In this document: in pieces, positions 1 through 7,825 of the stretch
Layout of the letters: every line of letters begins with the position of its first letter
Position numbering within the stretch: position 1 is the first letter of the stretch
Source of the DNA: Promethearchaeota archaeon
GTDB taxonomy: Archaea; Asgardarchaeota; Lokiarchaeia; Sigyniarchaeales; SOKP01
Length of the DNA stretch: 10,842 nucleotides
Assembly: GCA_013375475.1 (NCBI GenBank)
Contig: JABXKD010000104.1
Location: forward strand, 1 to 10,842
Direction: 5' to 3'
The notes under the pieces: generated by a model
Database searches by the model: none
Told to the model about the DNA's origin: nothing
The model's input: the letters and a program-made list of their open reading frames with translations, nothing else
Position numbers and translations under genes: made by a program

Positions 1-32
1 AATATTAATGGTAATGGTATATCCAAAGCCAT
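1..32 (-). CDS. Possible 5' end of a gene running off the left edge (MALDIPLPLI...)
   Basis: ATG at 32-30 on the minus strand, preceded by purine-rich GAAGTGGAA. The frame is open to the edge, but only 10 codons are visible. Confidence 0.3.
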   Translation of the reverse strand, partial: MALDIPLPLI

Positions 33-255
33 AAATTCCACTTCTGTTTAGAAAATTTTTATGATTACTCTCTCTATGTTTTAAGAATTGCGAAAAAAAT
101 ACATCTAATAAATTATAATATGATTAATCAAAATTGTATATAAAAGTTATTCCAAATTACTGGCAACCAACTAAAAGTTTCACCAGTATAAATTAAGTTT
201 TATTGGTAAAAAGAATCAAAAGAATTGTTTTTAACAAACATATAAAAGTTGGATT

Positions 256-280
256 AAATAAAAAATAAAATAAAAAAAGA
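256..280 (-). terminator. Oligo-T tract terminator candidate after cdhC
   Basis: Several T runs on the minus strand start a few nt after the cdhC stop, as expected for archaeal oligo-U termination. The AT-rich background lowers specificity. Confidence 0.45.
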
Positions 281-284
281 TTAG

Positions 285-1697
285 CTATTTCTTTCTTTTG
301 GCCTGAGAATCAATTTTTTTGATAATAATTGATTCTGCGTGAATCTTACAATTCTTTAGAATAATTTTGAATCCACCTGCACCACCAGCTCCTGGAATAG
401 TAAATGCTTGTGTTCCCATTGGTACCATTGCGCCTTCAGCTTCCCATTCGCCTTCTTCTTCCTCATCTGCGCCTAAAACTTCTGCCCATGTGCTCACTAT
501 TGGATGATCCACATCTTCGAGCCATTTCTTTAAGCCGTTAATGTCGGGAACATCTTCTTCAGTCGCAATCTTTGGTAAAAGTTCTTTCGGAAGGAACTCG
601 CCTACACGATCCTTTACACCCTTGTTCATCCAAACAATGGTCTCAATTCCACCGTCATATTGCTGATATTTTGGCGATACGATGTATTGAATGCTAATTC
701 CATTGAAACCGGGCATTTGCTTGCCTCCACCGGTCTGATTGGCCATCGCGCTGAACGGAAGCCCATTAATTGCTACATCGCCATAGTTTCGATCTACAAT
801 TCCGTGTCCATTTACTTCAGGAATATAGAAGTCAATAGCTTCGAAACAACCACAGGATGTATGAGGGAATTCCATTCCTGAAAATAGAAAAATTCTTTCA
901 ATTTCGCCCAATGAGCGCTTTTTTATCATTTCGTTTATTCCAGAATATTCGCCGGCTTCTAGGTTTATACATTCACCAGGAGGGACTTCGAATAGAGGTC
1001 CTTTTGGATCGACCTTCGAAGCAGCTCTAGCGTCAAACCAATTAATTGAACCACATAAACTTGTTCGGTCAGGAGTGATACAACAGGCGTGAGTAGGAGC
1101 GAAGGATTGGCATAATACGCATCCATAGAACATATCTACATCTTCATCATGAATTGTTCTAGCTCTTTCGTCTCTTTTATCGTAAATGCTCATTGCTAAT
1201 TCGTGTGGTTTCTCAATATCTTTCGCATCGGTGTAGAATGTTACCTGGGCTTTTTTAATTATAGGAAGTTCAGCTTTGTAAAGTCTAATTAGAATCGTTC
1301 CTAATAATTGGAAAGAATTTAGGCCTTTTTCGAAAGCAGCAGTAGAAATGCGCATCCAATTAGTATAGCGTTGGTTGAGATGCATTATCCCATTAACAAA
1401 ATTGCAAAATTCATGAATCCTTCGTTCGAAGACTGCTTCTAGATCTTCTTCAAGCTCTGGTCCGGAAACTTCGACGAAAATTCCAATTGGATGGGTCGAT
1501 CCTGGTTCCATGTCTTTAAGATCAGGACCATGTAATACTACTTCGCCATCTTTAATTTCTTTAGCAGGTTTAACTCGAACTAGTTCGAAATGCTTTTCCA
1601 TTTTAGGACCGCCTAATTCTACATACATTTGCTTAGCCCTGATGCGTTCCCCTTCGTAAACGGGACCAACATCTACAGGCATGTCTGAAAAACTCAT
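285..1697 (-). CDS. cdhC: Acetyl-CoA decarbonylase/synthase (ACDS) beta subunit, acetyl-CoA synthase
   Basis: 470 aa. N-terminal PVDVGPVYEGERIR, A-cluster Cys motifs CVLCQSFAP, LCGSINW and HTSCGCFE, GGGKQMPGF, and an acidic linker followed by the KIILKNCKIHAE tail typical of archaeal CdhC. SD-like GAGGAG at 1712-1707. Confidence 0.97.
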   Translation of the reverse strand: MSFSDMPVDVGPVYEGERIRAKQMYVELGGPKMEKHFELVRVKPAKEIKDGEVVLHGPDLKDMEPGSTHPIGIFVEVSGPELEEDLEAVFERRIHEFCNFVNGIMHLNQRYTNWMRISTAAFEKGLNSFQLLGTILIRLYKAELPIIKKAQVTFYTDAKDIEKPHELAMSIYDKRDERARTIHDEDVDMFYGCVLCQSFAPTHACCITPDRTSLCGSINWFDARAASKVDPKGPLFEVPPGECINLEAGEYSGINEMIKKRSLGEIERIFLFSGMEFPHTSCGCFEAIDFYIPEVNGHGIVDRNYGDVAINGLPFSAMANQTGGGKQMPGFNGISIQYIVSPKYQQYDGGIETIVWMNKGVKDRVGEFLPKELLPKIATEEDVPDINGLKKWLEDVDHPIVSTWAEVLGADEEEEGEWEAEGAMVPMGTQAFTIPGAGGAGGFKIILKNCKIHAESIIIKKIDSQAKRKK

Positions 1698-1735
1698 ATT
1701 GTTATTCTCCTCTTATAATTTTCCTTTTTTTTATT

Positions 1736-2266
1736 TTATAAATATTCAATTAACTTTTCCAAAAAATCTTTCCAATCGTCGTCACTCAAATTTGGAAGAC
1801 TAAATCTTGCATTTGGGTGAGAATATTTGTCCAACTCAACAAGTCGTAAATAGTTTTGAAAATTCTTTAAACGACTTAATGCTTGACTTACATAATACAC
1901 CAGATGTCCACCAAAAATAGCCATGCTGTATTGTCCCTTGTCATCTAAACCCTTCCAATCCTTATCAACTAATCTACCGGTAGCATTAATAAGAGACATA
2001 TCCCATAATTTATCTTTAGGGATTTTATCTTTAAGATATTTATATGTATGACCTGTAGATATGACGTGACAATCTAATTTCTTAGCAATTTCGATAAAGT
2101 AGTCAGCTACTTTTTTTCCACCAAGCTCCCAAGTTAATGATTCTGAACCTATAACAAAGACTTTCTTTTTATCGTCCTTTAAGATATTTGCCATAATCTT
2201 AGGATCGTAAACGCTTGTTCCTTGCTCAGGTCCTGGGATATTTGCTTTTTGATATGGTCTTGCCAT
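1736..2266 (-). CDS. cdhB: ACDS epsilon subunit (CO dehydrogenase small subunit)
   Basis: 176 aa. PYQKANIPGP, WKGLDDKGQY, YYVSQALSRLKNF and LDKYSHPNARFSLPNL match CdhB. It ends 38 nt before the cdhC start. Confidence 0.92.
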   Translation of the reverse strand: MARPYQKANIPGPEQGTSVYDPKIMANILKDDKKKVFVIGSESLTWELGGKKVADYFIEIAKKLDCHVISTGHTYKYLKDKIPKDKLWDMSLINATGRLVDKDWKGLDDKGQYSMAIFGGHLVYYVSQALSRLKNFQNYLRLVELDKYSHPNARFSLPNLSDDDWKDFLEKLIEYL

Positions 2267-2420
2267 ATTTTCATCAATTTCCTCTGTTAAAGATTTTACA
2301 TGTAAGTTTTTAAATAATTACTATATTTTATTTTATTAAGCGTATTTTAAAAAATTTGGTTTTATTTAACTTAACCAATTTTAAAAGCTCCAATATTAAA
2401 ATTTAGGTGGAATATTAAAT
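2267..2420. promoter_or_regulatory. Divergent promoter region between cdhBC and the cooT-like gene
   Basis: 154-nt very AT-rich gap between divergent starts with several TATA-like tracts (e.g. TTTAAA). SD-like AGGTGG at 2405-2410. The exact TATA boxes cannot be assigned. Confidence 0.55.
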
Positions 2421-2720
2421 ATGTGTGAATTTAAGATAATTAAGAAAAACGACGACTCTCAGATTTTAGAGGATATTGTAATTATATCGTATACAGAAGA
2501 TAATGAATTATTATTCAAAGATATTATGGGTATGGGCGAGATTTTAAAATCAGCTCTTATTGTTGATGTTAATACTTTAAATCAGACTTGTGTTGTTTTA
2601 GAACATCCGCTTGTTAGAGATTTCATAGGAATTGTTAAAAATATCAAAGATGAAACAATCTCTAAATCCGATATTGAAAAATTTCAAGCGCAGTTGGATA
2701 ATGTTAAGAATAAGCTTTAA
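2421..2720 (+). CDS. cooT: CooT-family nickel-binding protein with a C-terminal helical extension
   Basis: Met-Cys N-terminus (MCEFK), ILEDIV...FKDIMG...IVDVN beta-strand pattern over about 60 aa, SD-like AGGTGG, and position next to the Ni-enzyme genes cdhBC. Confidence 0.75.
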   Translation: MCEFKIIKKNDDSQILEDIVIISYTEDNELLFKDIMGMGEILKSALIVDVNTLNQTCVVLEHPLVRDFIGIVKNIKDETISKSDIEKFQAQLDNVKNKL

Positions 2721-2935
2721 TCTGAGTTATTTGAACTAGAAGGAAGAGTTTTTAAAACAGTGTGTCCTCTTATTAGGGGATGGAAGTAAACTAAACATCC
2801 TCCACAAGATTTATTTGGTTTTATGGTAATTGCCTTCTTTTCAGAATTGAATTTTCTTATTTCTAATGGGCAATATTTAACACATGTTCCACAGAATTGA
2901 CATTTTTCTAAAATCGTAACAGCTTTATACGACAT
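2717..2935 (-). CDS. 4Fe-4S dicluster-type ferredoxin with a degenerate second motif, possibly a pseudogene
   Basis: First motif intact (CQFCGTCVKYCP). Second motif reads CGGCLVYFHPL and lacks the third Cys and the CP. The stop codon overlaps the cooT stop (TTAA at 2717-2720). Confidence 0.7.
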   Translation of the reverse strand: MSYKAVTILEKCQFCGTCVKYCPLEIRKFNSEKKAITIKPNKSCGGCLVYFHPLIRGHTVLKTLPSSSNNSD

Positions 2936-3098
2936 ATTAGATAACTCTTTAATTGCCTTTTGTAAATCAGTTGAGCGTGAAACATCTATAATAGAATCAA
3001 TAAAAAAGGTCTAGAAGTTTAAAGTCTCTAATATGAAAAAAAGAAATAATGAATAAGAATTTATCTTTTCAATCAGATTATTGAATTTAGATTTTCTG

Positions 3099-3875
3099 TT
3101 ATTCTAATTTTTTTCTAAATTCTTGAATAAAATTATTTTTATCTTTATGTTCATACCATCCAGAAGCAGCTTTTTCTATTTCATAAGCATCTCTATAGGA
3201 TTTATCTAAGAAATGATTACTGCATAATTTAATTGCTTGTAATACAGTTTGATTTTTTGAGAAGAGGAAACGCGCTTTTTTCATAGACTCTTCAATTAAT
3301 TGGTCTTTCGTATCTACAATTTGGTCTATCAATCCGATTTCGAGAGCTTTAATCGCGTCCACCTTTTCACCGAACATTAGCATCTTTTTTGTCCATGGAA
3401 TTCCTATTATTTTTGAAAATACAATCACACAACCCGTTCCAGGGAAGATTCCCGAGAATATTTCAGGCATCTGAAAGAAACTACTTTTAACAGCAATTCG
3501 ATAATCACAACAAACCGAGAAAACAACCCCCTCTCCCATTGTTCTACCATTAATAGCACATATTGCAGGTTTCCCATTGAACAATAATTTACATATCTCT
3601 GCTGCCGTTCCTTCAAGTTTTTTAACTGCAACATGATCAGCACCATCAATAGCGTCTAAATCCATACCAGTACTGAACGAAGAACCATTATTTGTTAAAA
3701 TTATCCCCCTGATGTTACTATACTCTTGGCAGTGGTCTATAGCTTTCTTCAAATGCTCTAATTGTTCTTGAGTAAAGGCATTAGATCTGTGAATTCTATC
3801 AAGCGTGATAATTCCAAACCTTTTTTTTACAGAAAACTCGATATGCTCTCCAAAATCTAAATTATTAACAGACAT
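3099..3875 (-). CDS. Enoyl-CoA hydratase/isomerase (crotonase superfamily) protein
   Basis: 258 aa. ITLDR..RSNAF, FSTGMDL (oxyanion hole), KPAICAING, CDYRIA, MPE..GIFPG and ALEIGLID. Confidence 0.93.
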   Translation of the reverse strand: MSVNNLDFGEHIEFSVKKRFGIITLDRIHRSNAFTQEQLEHLKKAIDHCQEYSNIRGIILTNNGSSFSTGMDLDAIDGADHVAVKKLEGTAAEICKLLFNGKPAICAINGRTMGEGVVFSVCCDYRIAVKSSFFQMPEIFSGIFPGTGCVIVFSKIIGIPWTKKMLMFGEKVDAIKALEIGLIDQIVDTKDQLIEESMKKARFLFSKNQTVLQAIKLCSNHFLDKSYRDAYEIEKAASGWYEHKDKNNFIQEFRKKLE

Positions 3876-3935
3876 AAATAAAATTTATTTTCTTTCCATA
3901 AAAAATAATTATATTGAGAGTGTATTGAAATTAAA

Positions 3936-6053
3936 ATGCCTAAAACACTAGACGCTTTTACTAAAGAAGGAAAAGGCAGCGTAATTAGGAAGAGGGATCT
4001 AATAAAATCTCCAAATTTAAAAAGAGAATTTCTAGAAATCAATCAACATTTATATGGAAAATTAAAACACACAGAAACCGATACAAGAGCTCGTTCCAAA
4101 GAGATAATAAACTTGATATTGTGTAAATTGGTTGATGAAAAAATAAACTCCTTGCCCGATTCAGTTATGACATTTAGTATTCGAAAAGAGGAAAAAAGTA
4201 ATGAATTACTCGTTCGTCTTAAACAATTCTTTGATGACAATATAAAAGAGAAATATAAATCTATTGTTGATGAAAATGATAACATTAATTTAAACAAAGA
4301 ATTGGTAGTTTTAATTGTTGAGAAATTACAATACATTTCTCTACTGGATTCCTCTAAGGATGTTCTTGCAGATGCTTTTGAGATATTTGTAAGTAGGTTA
4401 TTAAAAGAAGCTGGAGGACAATTTTTCACACCGGCTAGTGTTGTCAAGTTTATGGTAAAATACTTGGATCCTGAGTTAGATACTAAAATTTTAGATCCTG
4501 CTTGTGGACACGGTGGATTTTTATTAGAATGCAAGGACCTTCTGTTATCAAAAATCAAGCAAAAGTACACTAGTCAAAAAAAAATTATTGAAACAAAATA
4601 TGCTAAAACAATCTCTAATCTCTATGGGATTGATAAAGATTCATATTTAGCAAAAATCTGTAAATTATATATTGATATAATAAGCCAAGGTAATTCTAAT
4701 ATTTTTTGCGAGGATTCGTTAGATCCAAATAACTATAGTAATCTAACATTAAATTTTATAAAAAATGACTACTTTGATTATGTGCTTACAAACCCTCCTT
4801 TTGGAGCTAAAATTCCTATTGATAATAAGGAAATTTTAGTAAAATTTGATTTAGCTCATAAATGGGATTACAGAGAAGATAAATGGATTAAGCAAAATAA
4901 ATTAATTAAAAAACAACCGCCACAAATTCTATTCATAGAAAGATGTGTTCAATTACTTAACTATGGCGGGAAATTAGGGATTGTTTTACCAGAAGGTCTT
5001 TTTGGAAATCCTTCAAACAGATATATCTGGGAATATTTACGAAATGTGGGTAAAATTTTAGGGATAATAAGCTTAGATCAGAATGCATTCCAACCTTACA
5101 CATGTAATAAAACTAGCATTCTTTTCTTTCAAAAATTAAAAAATATACCTGATAATTATCAAATCGATTTTGCTATAGTCGAAAATGTAGGTCACGATAA
5201 AGATGGAAAAGTACAGTATAAATTGAATAAAGATGGCACTATAAAATATAACAAACATAATGAACCAATCATAAATAACGACTTAATAAATTTGCATTTA
5301 AAGATTGACGAAAGTACTGAATTTAACTATTTGGAAGAACAAGATGTTTTCAAATTAAACATTAAACAAATTAAAAACAGTATCTTTATACCCTCTTATT
5401 ATACTGGCGTTGAAAAACCTCTCAAATCCTTATTGAAGAACCAGAACTTTATTTTATTATCTATTGCTGATCTAATTGAAAGGGGTATAATTTATACAAA
5501 AAATAAGGAATATCTTCCCAGGGGTGACGAAATTGGTTCTCAAGTTTATGGCTTAGGAGATGTTCCGTTTATACGTACCAGTGAAATTAATAACTGGGAA
5601 ATTAATTTAAATTCACATAAGAAAACATCTGAAGAAATTTATAACCAATTCAAGGAAAAACAAAACTTGGAAGTTGGAGATATTCTTTTGGTTAAAGATG
5701 GTGGTCCAAATTTAATTGGGAAAACTGCGTATATTACTGAATTAGATACACAAATCGTTATTCAGAGTCACATTTATCAGATTAAAACACTCAAAAATAA
5801 AGATTACATTGATCCTTACCTTATACTATACCTACTAAATCTAAAAATTGTTCAAAAACAGATCAGAGCAATAACTTTTGTTCAAGGAACTATTTCTACA
5901 ATTGGAAATAGGATCATGGATGTAAAATTACCTTTTCCCTCTGAATTAGATAAAAGAAAAGAAATTTCAAAACATATTAAAGAAATTATTGATGATAAAA
6001 CAGAGAATAGGAAGAAAATTCTTAACCTCTCTATTAATTCTTTTGATGATTAA
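3936..6053 (+). CDS. N6-adenine DNA methyltransferase (HsdM-like, gamma order) fused to one HsdS-like target recognition domain
   Basis: 705 aa. GQFFTP (motif X), ILDPACGHGGFL (SAM-binding motif I), NPPF (motif IV) and IVLPEG. The C-terminal ~200 aa (VPFIRTSEI, GDILLVKDG..IGKTA, IDPYLILYLLN, KLPFP) resemble a type I S-subunit TRD. Confidence 0.9.
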   Translation: MPKTLDAFTKEGKGSVIRKRDLIKSPNLKREFLEINQHLYGKLKHTETDTRARSKEIINLILCKLVDEKINSLPDSVMTFSIRKEEKSNELLVRLKQFFDDNIKEKYKSIVDENDNINLNKELVVLIVEKLQYISLLDSSKDVLADAFEIFVSRLLKEAGGQFFTPASVVKFMVKYLDPELDTKILDPACGHGGFLLECKDLLLSKIKQKYTSQKKIIETKYAKTISNLYGIDKDSYLAKICKLYIDIISQGNSNIFCEDSLDPNNYSNLTLNFIKNDYFDYVLTNPPFGAKIPIDNKEILVKFDLAHKWDYREDKWIKQNKLIKKQPPQILFIERCVQLLNYGGKLGIVLPEGLFGNPSNRYIWEYLRNVGKILGIISLDQNAFQPYTCNKTSILFFQKLKNIPDNYQIDFAIVENVGHDKDGKVQYKLNKDGTIKYNKHNEPIINNDLINLHLKIDESTEFNYLEEQDVFKLNIKQIKNSIFIPSYYTGVEKPLKSLLKNQNFILLSIADLIERGIIYTKNKEYLPRGDEIGSQVYGLGDVPFIRTSEINNWEINLNSHKKTSEEIYNQFKEKQNLEVGDILLVKDGGPNLIGKTAYITELDTQIVIQSHIYQIKTLKNKDYIDPYLILYLLNLKIVQKQIRAITFVQGTISTIGNRIMDVKLPFPSELDKRKEISKHIKEIIDDKTENRKKILNLSINSFDD

Positions 6054-6054
6054 A

Positions 6055-6507
6055 ATGAAAATAGAAAATTTTAATATTCAACATTACCCTGAAGTTTTGG
6101 AACTTTGGAAAAAGGCAGGAATTGGTGTAGGGTCCTCAGATACCAAAGAAGAAATTGCGTTGATCATAGCCCGAAACCCAGAGCTATTCCTTATTGGGAA
6201 AGAACAAGAAAAAATTATCGCTACAGTAATAGGTGCTTTTGATGGGAGAAGAGGATATGTTCACCATCTTGCTGTAGATCCAATGTATCAGAAAAAAGGT
6301 TATGGTAAAGCAATTATGGACGATTTAATTGAAAGATTTCGGAAAAAGAAAGTTCACAAAATTCATTTATTTATTCAAAAGCAAAATAAAAAAGTTGTGG
6401 ATTTCTACAGCAAACAAGGATGGGAAATCAGAGATGACATAATAATGATGAGTTTTATTCCAGATAACACTCTCTATAAAAGATCTTTAGATGAACAAAA
6501 ATTATAA
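6055..6507 (+). CDS. GNAT-family N-acetyltransferase (YpeA-like)
   Basis: FDGRRGYVHHLAVDPMYQKKGYGK (acetyl-CoA motif A) and N..VVDFY.K.G. Start revised from 5989 to the ATG at 6055, 1 nt after the MTase stop (TAA-A-ATG), giving 150 aa. Confidence 0.92.
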   Translation: MKIENFNIQHYPEVLELWKKAGIGVGSSDTKEEIALIIARNPELFLIGKEQEKIIATVIGAFDGRRGYVHHLAVDPMYQKKGYGKAIMDDLIERFRKKKVHKIHLFIQKQNKKVVDFYSKQGWEIRDDIIMMSFIPDNTLYKRSLDEQKL

Positions 6508-6515
6508 AAAAAAAC

Positions 6516-7538
6516 TTAAGATATTCTGGTAGCAAGGTTCTTTAATATTTTTTCTGCTTGATTTGAGAAGCCAGTAATAATATCTTCCACATCCATTATG
6601 GAATCGATCATACCGCAAGTTTGACCGGCAGGAACAGCCCCATTTTCTACATCTCCTTGAGTATACACGATCTCATACCGATAAAGATCTTCTAAAAATG
6701 AATCCATATCTAATGCTGATTCTTGAGCGATTTTCTCTTCTTTTGTCAAAGTTTTTCCGTGTTCAAGGCAATATTTATTCTTCAATAGCCTTATCGGACC
6801 AAAACCACCAGTTGTGATCATAGTATCTTGTGCTGTTGCGGGAGGAATTAAAGCTTTGTAATTAGGGTGAAATTCGCTTTCAGTAGACGCTATAAAACGC
6901 GTTCCCATAGCGACAGCATCTGCGCCCATAGATAACCCTGCTGCTACAGTCTCAGGACTTGCGATACCTCCGCAAGCAACTAACAGTTTATCAGGATATT
7001 TTTGAGCCACTTGTGAAACGAGAACTAATGTAGTAATCCCTTCATAACTCTGATGACCACCCCCTTCAGTCCCAGTCGCACATACTCCGTCACATCCTGC
7101 TGCAAATGATTTGTCTACTAACCATAAAGCCGGAGAGACGTGAAAATGTGTTACATCTGGTGTTTTTTCTTTCAATAATTTGCTGGCAAATTTTGAACCT
7201 CCTGCACTTGTAACGATGTAAACTAATTGTTCGCGAAGTTTAGGATTTTGTTTAATATTTTGGATAATTTTTCTTAGCATTATTTTATGATCGGTCTGAA
7301 GCCGAGCTGTTCGAATATTTACGCCAAAGGACTTGTCTGTGTGTTCAATAACATACTCCAACTGCGCAATCATGTCGTTTACAGAATTTTTTCCCTTTAA
7401 AGTCGCATGACTTAATACGCCAAGCCCACCCGCTTCAGAAACGGCAACTGTTAGCTTAGTGGTGTAAAATGGACCCATTGGAGCGCTTATTATAGGATAT
7501 TTTAGTCCAAATAATTCAGTTAATCTTGTCTTTATCAT
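6516..7538 (-). CDS. Nitronate monooxygenase / FabK-like FMN-dependent oxidoreductase
   Basis: 340 aa. TRLTELFGLKYPIISAPMG, AVSEAGGLG, EGGGH (catalytic His), ACGGIA, AVAMGTRF and AGQTCGMI. Confidence 0.92.
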   Translation of the reverse strand: MIKTRLTELFGLKYPIISAPMGPFYTTKLTVAVSEAGGLGVLSHATLKGKNSVNDMIAQLEYVIEHTDKSFGVNIRTARLQTDHKIMLRKIIQNIKQNPKLREQLVYIVTSAGGSKFASKLLKEKTPDVTHFHVSPALWLVDKSFAAGCDGVCATGTEGGGHQSYEGITTLVLVSQVAQKYPDKLLVACGGIASPETVAAGLSMGADAVAMGTRFIASTESEFHPNYKALIPPATAQDTMITTGGFGPIRLLKNKYCLEHGKTLTKEEKIAQESALDMDSFLEDLYRYEIVYTQGDVENGAVPAGQTCGMIDSIMDVEDIITGFSNQAEKILKNLATRIS

Positions 7539-7825
7539 CTTTTTTCCTAAATAGATTTCATTATATGATAGTTAATACTACCCTTTTGGGATTAAAAAAT
7601 CTTTTTTATATCTATATAAAAATGTCTAAAATTAGTAAAAAATAGTTTGAGGAATAAAAAGTTATTGTATATTATAGAACCCCGTAAAATCGAACAATCT
7701 AATTTACAAAAATCTTTTAATCAATCTTTATTAAGATTAAATTTAGAATTGTCTATGTCTTCCTCTTTAACAATAAAGATGCTTGAATCTGAACTTCAAC
7801 AAGTTTATTAAAACTATTTTTTTAC

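Noticed and set aside
288-480. Acidic and Gly-rich low-complexity tail of CdhC as a novelty
   Set aside because: An acidic flexible linker plus a conserved terminal segment is a known feature of archaeal CdhC.
660-881. 73-aa plus-strand ORF
   Set aside because: Antisense shadow inside cdhC with no recognisable motif.
3425-3649. 74-aa alternative-frame ORF
   Set aside because: Nested in the crotonase gene with no protein-like features.
3857-4570. Minus-strand ORFs 3857-4042 and 4043-4570
   Set aside because: Antisense to the methyltransferase, with the Ser/Phe/Leu-rich composition typical of shadow frames.
5989-6054. 22-aa N-terminal extension of the GNAT ORF
   Set aside because: It overlaps the MTase 3' end. 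The ATG at 6055 gives a typical GNAT start and a coupled junction.
7723-7738. Palindrome AATCTT-N4-AAGATT in the 287-nt gap upstream of the NMO gene
   Set aside because: A 6-bp AT-rich arm is expected by chance. I also saw no convincing small ORF or RNA gene in this gap.
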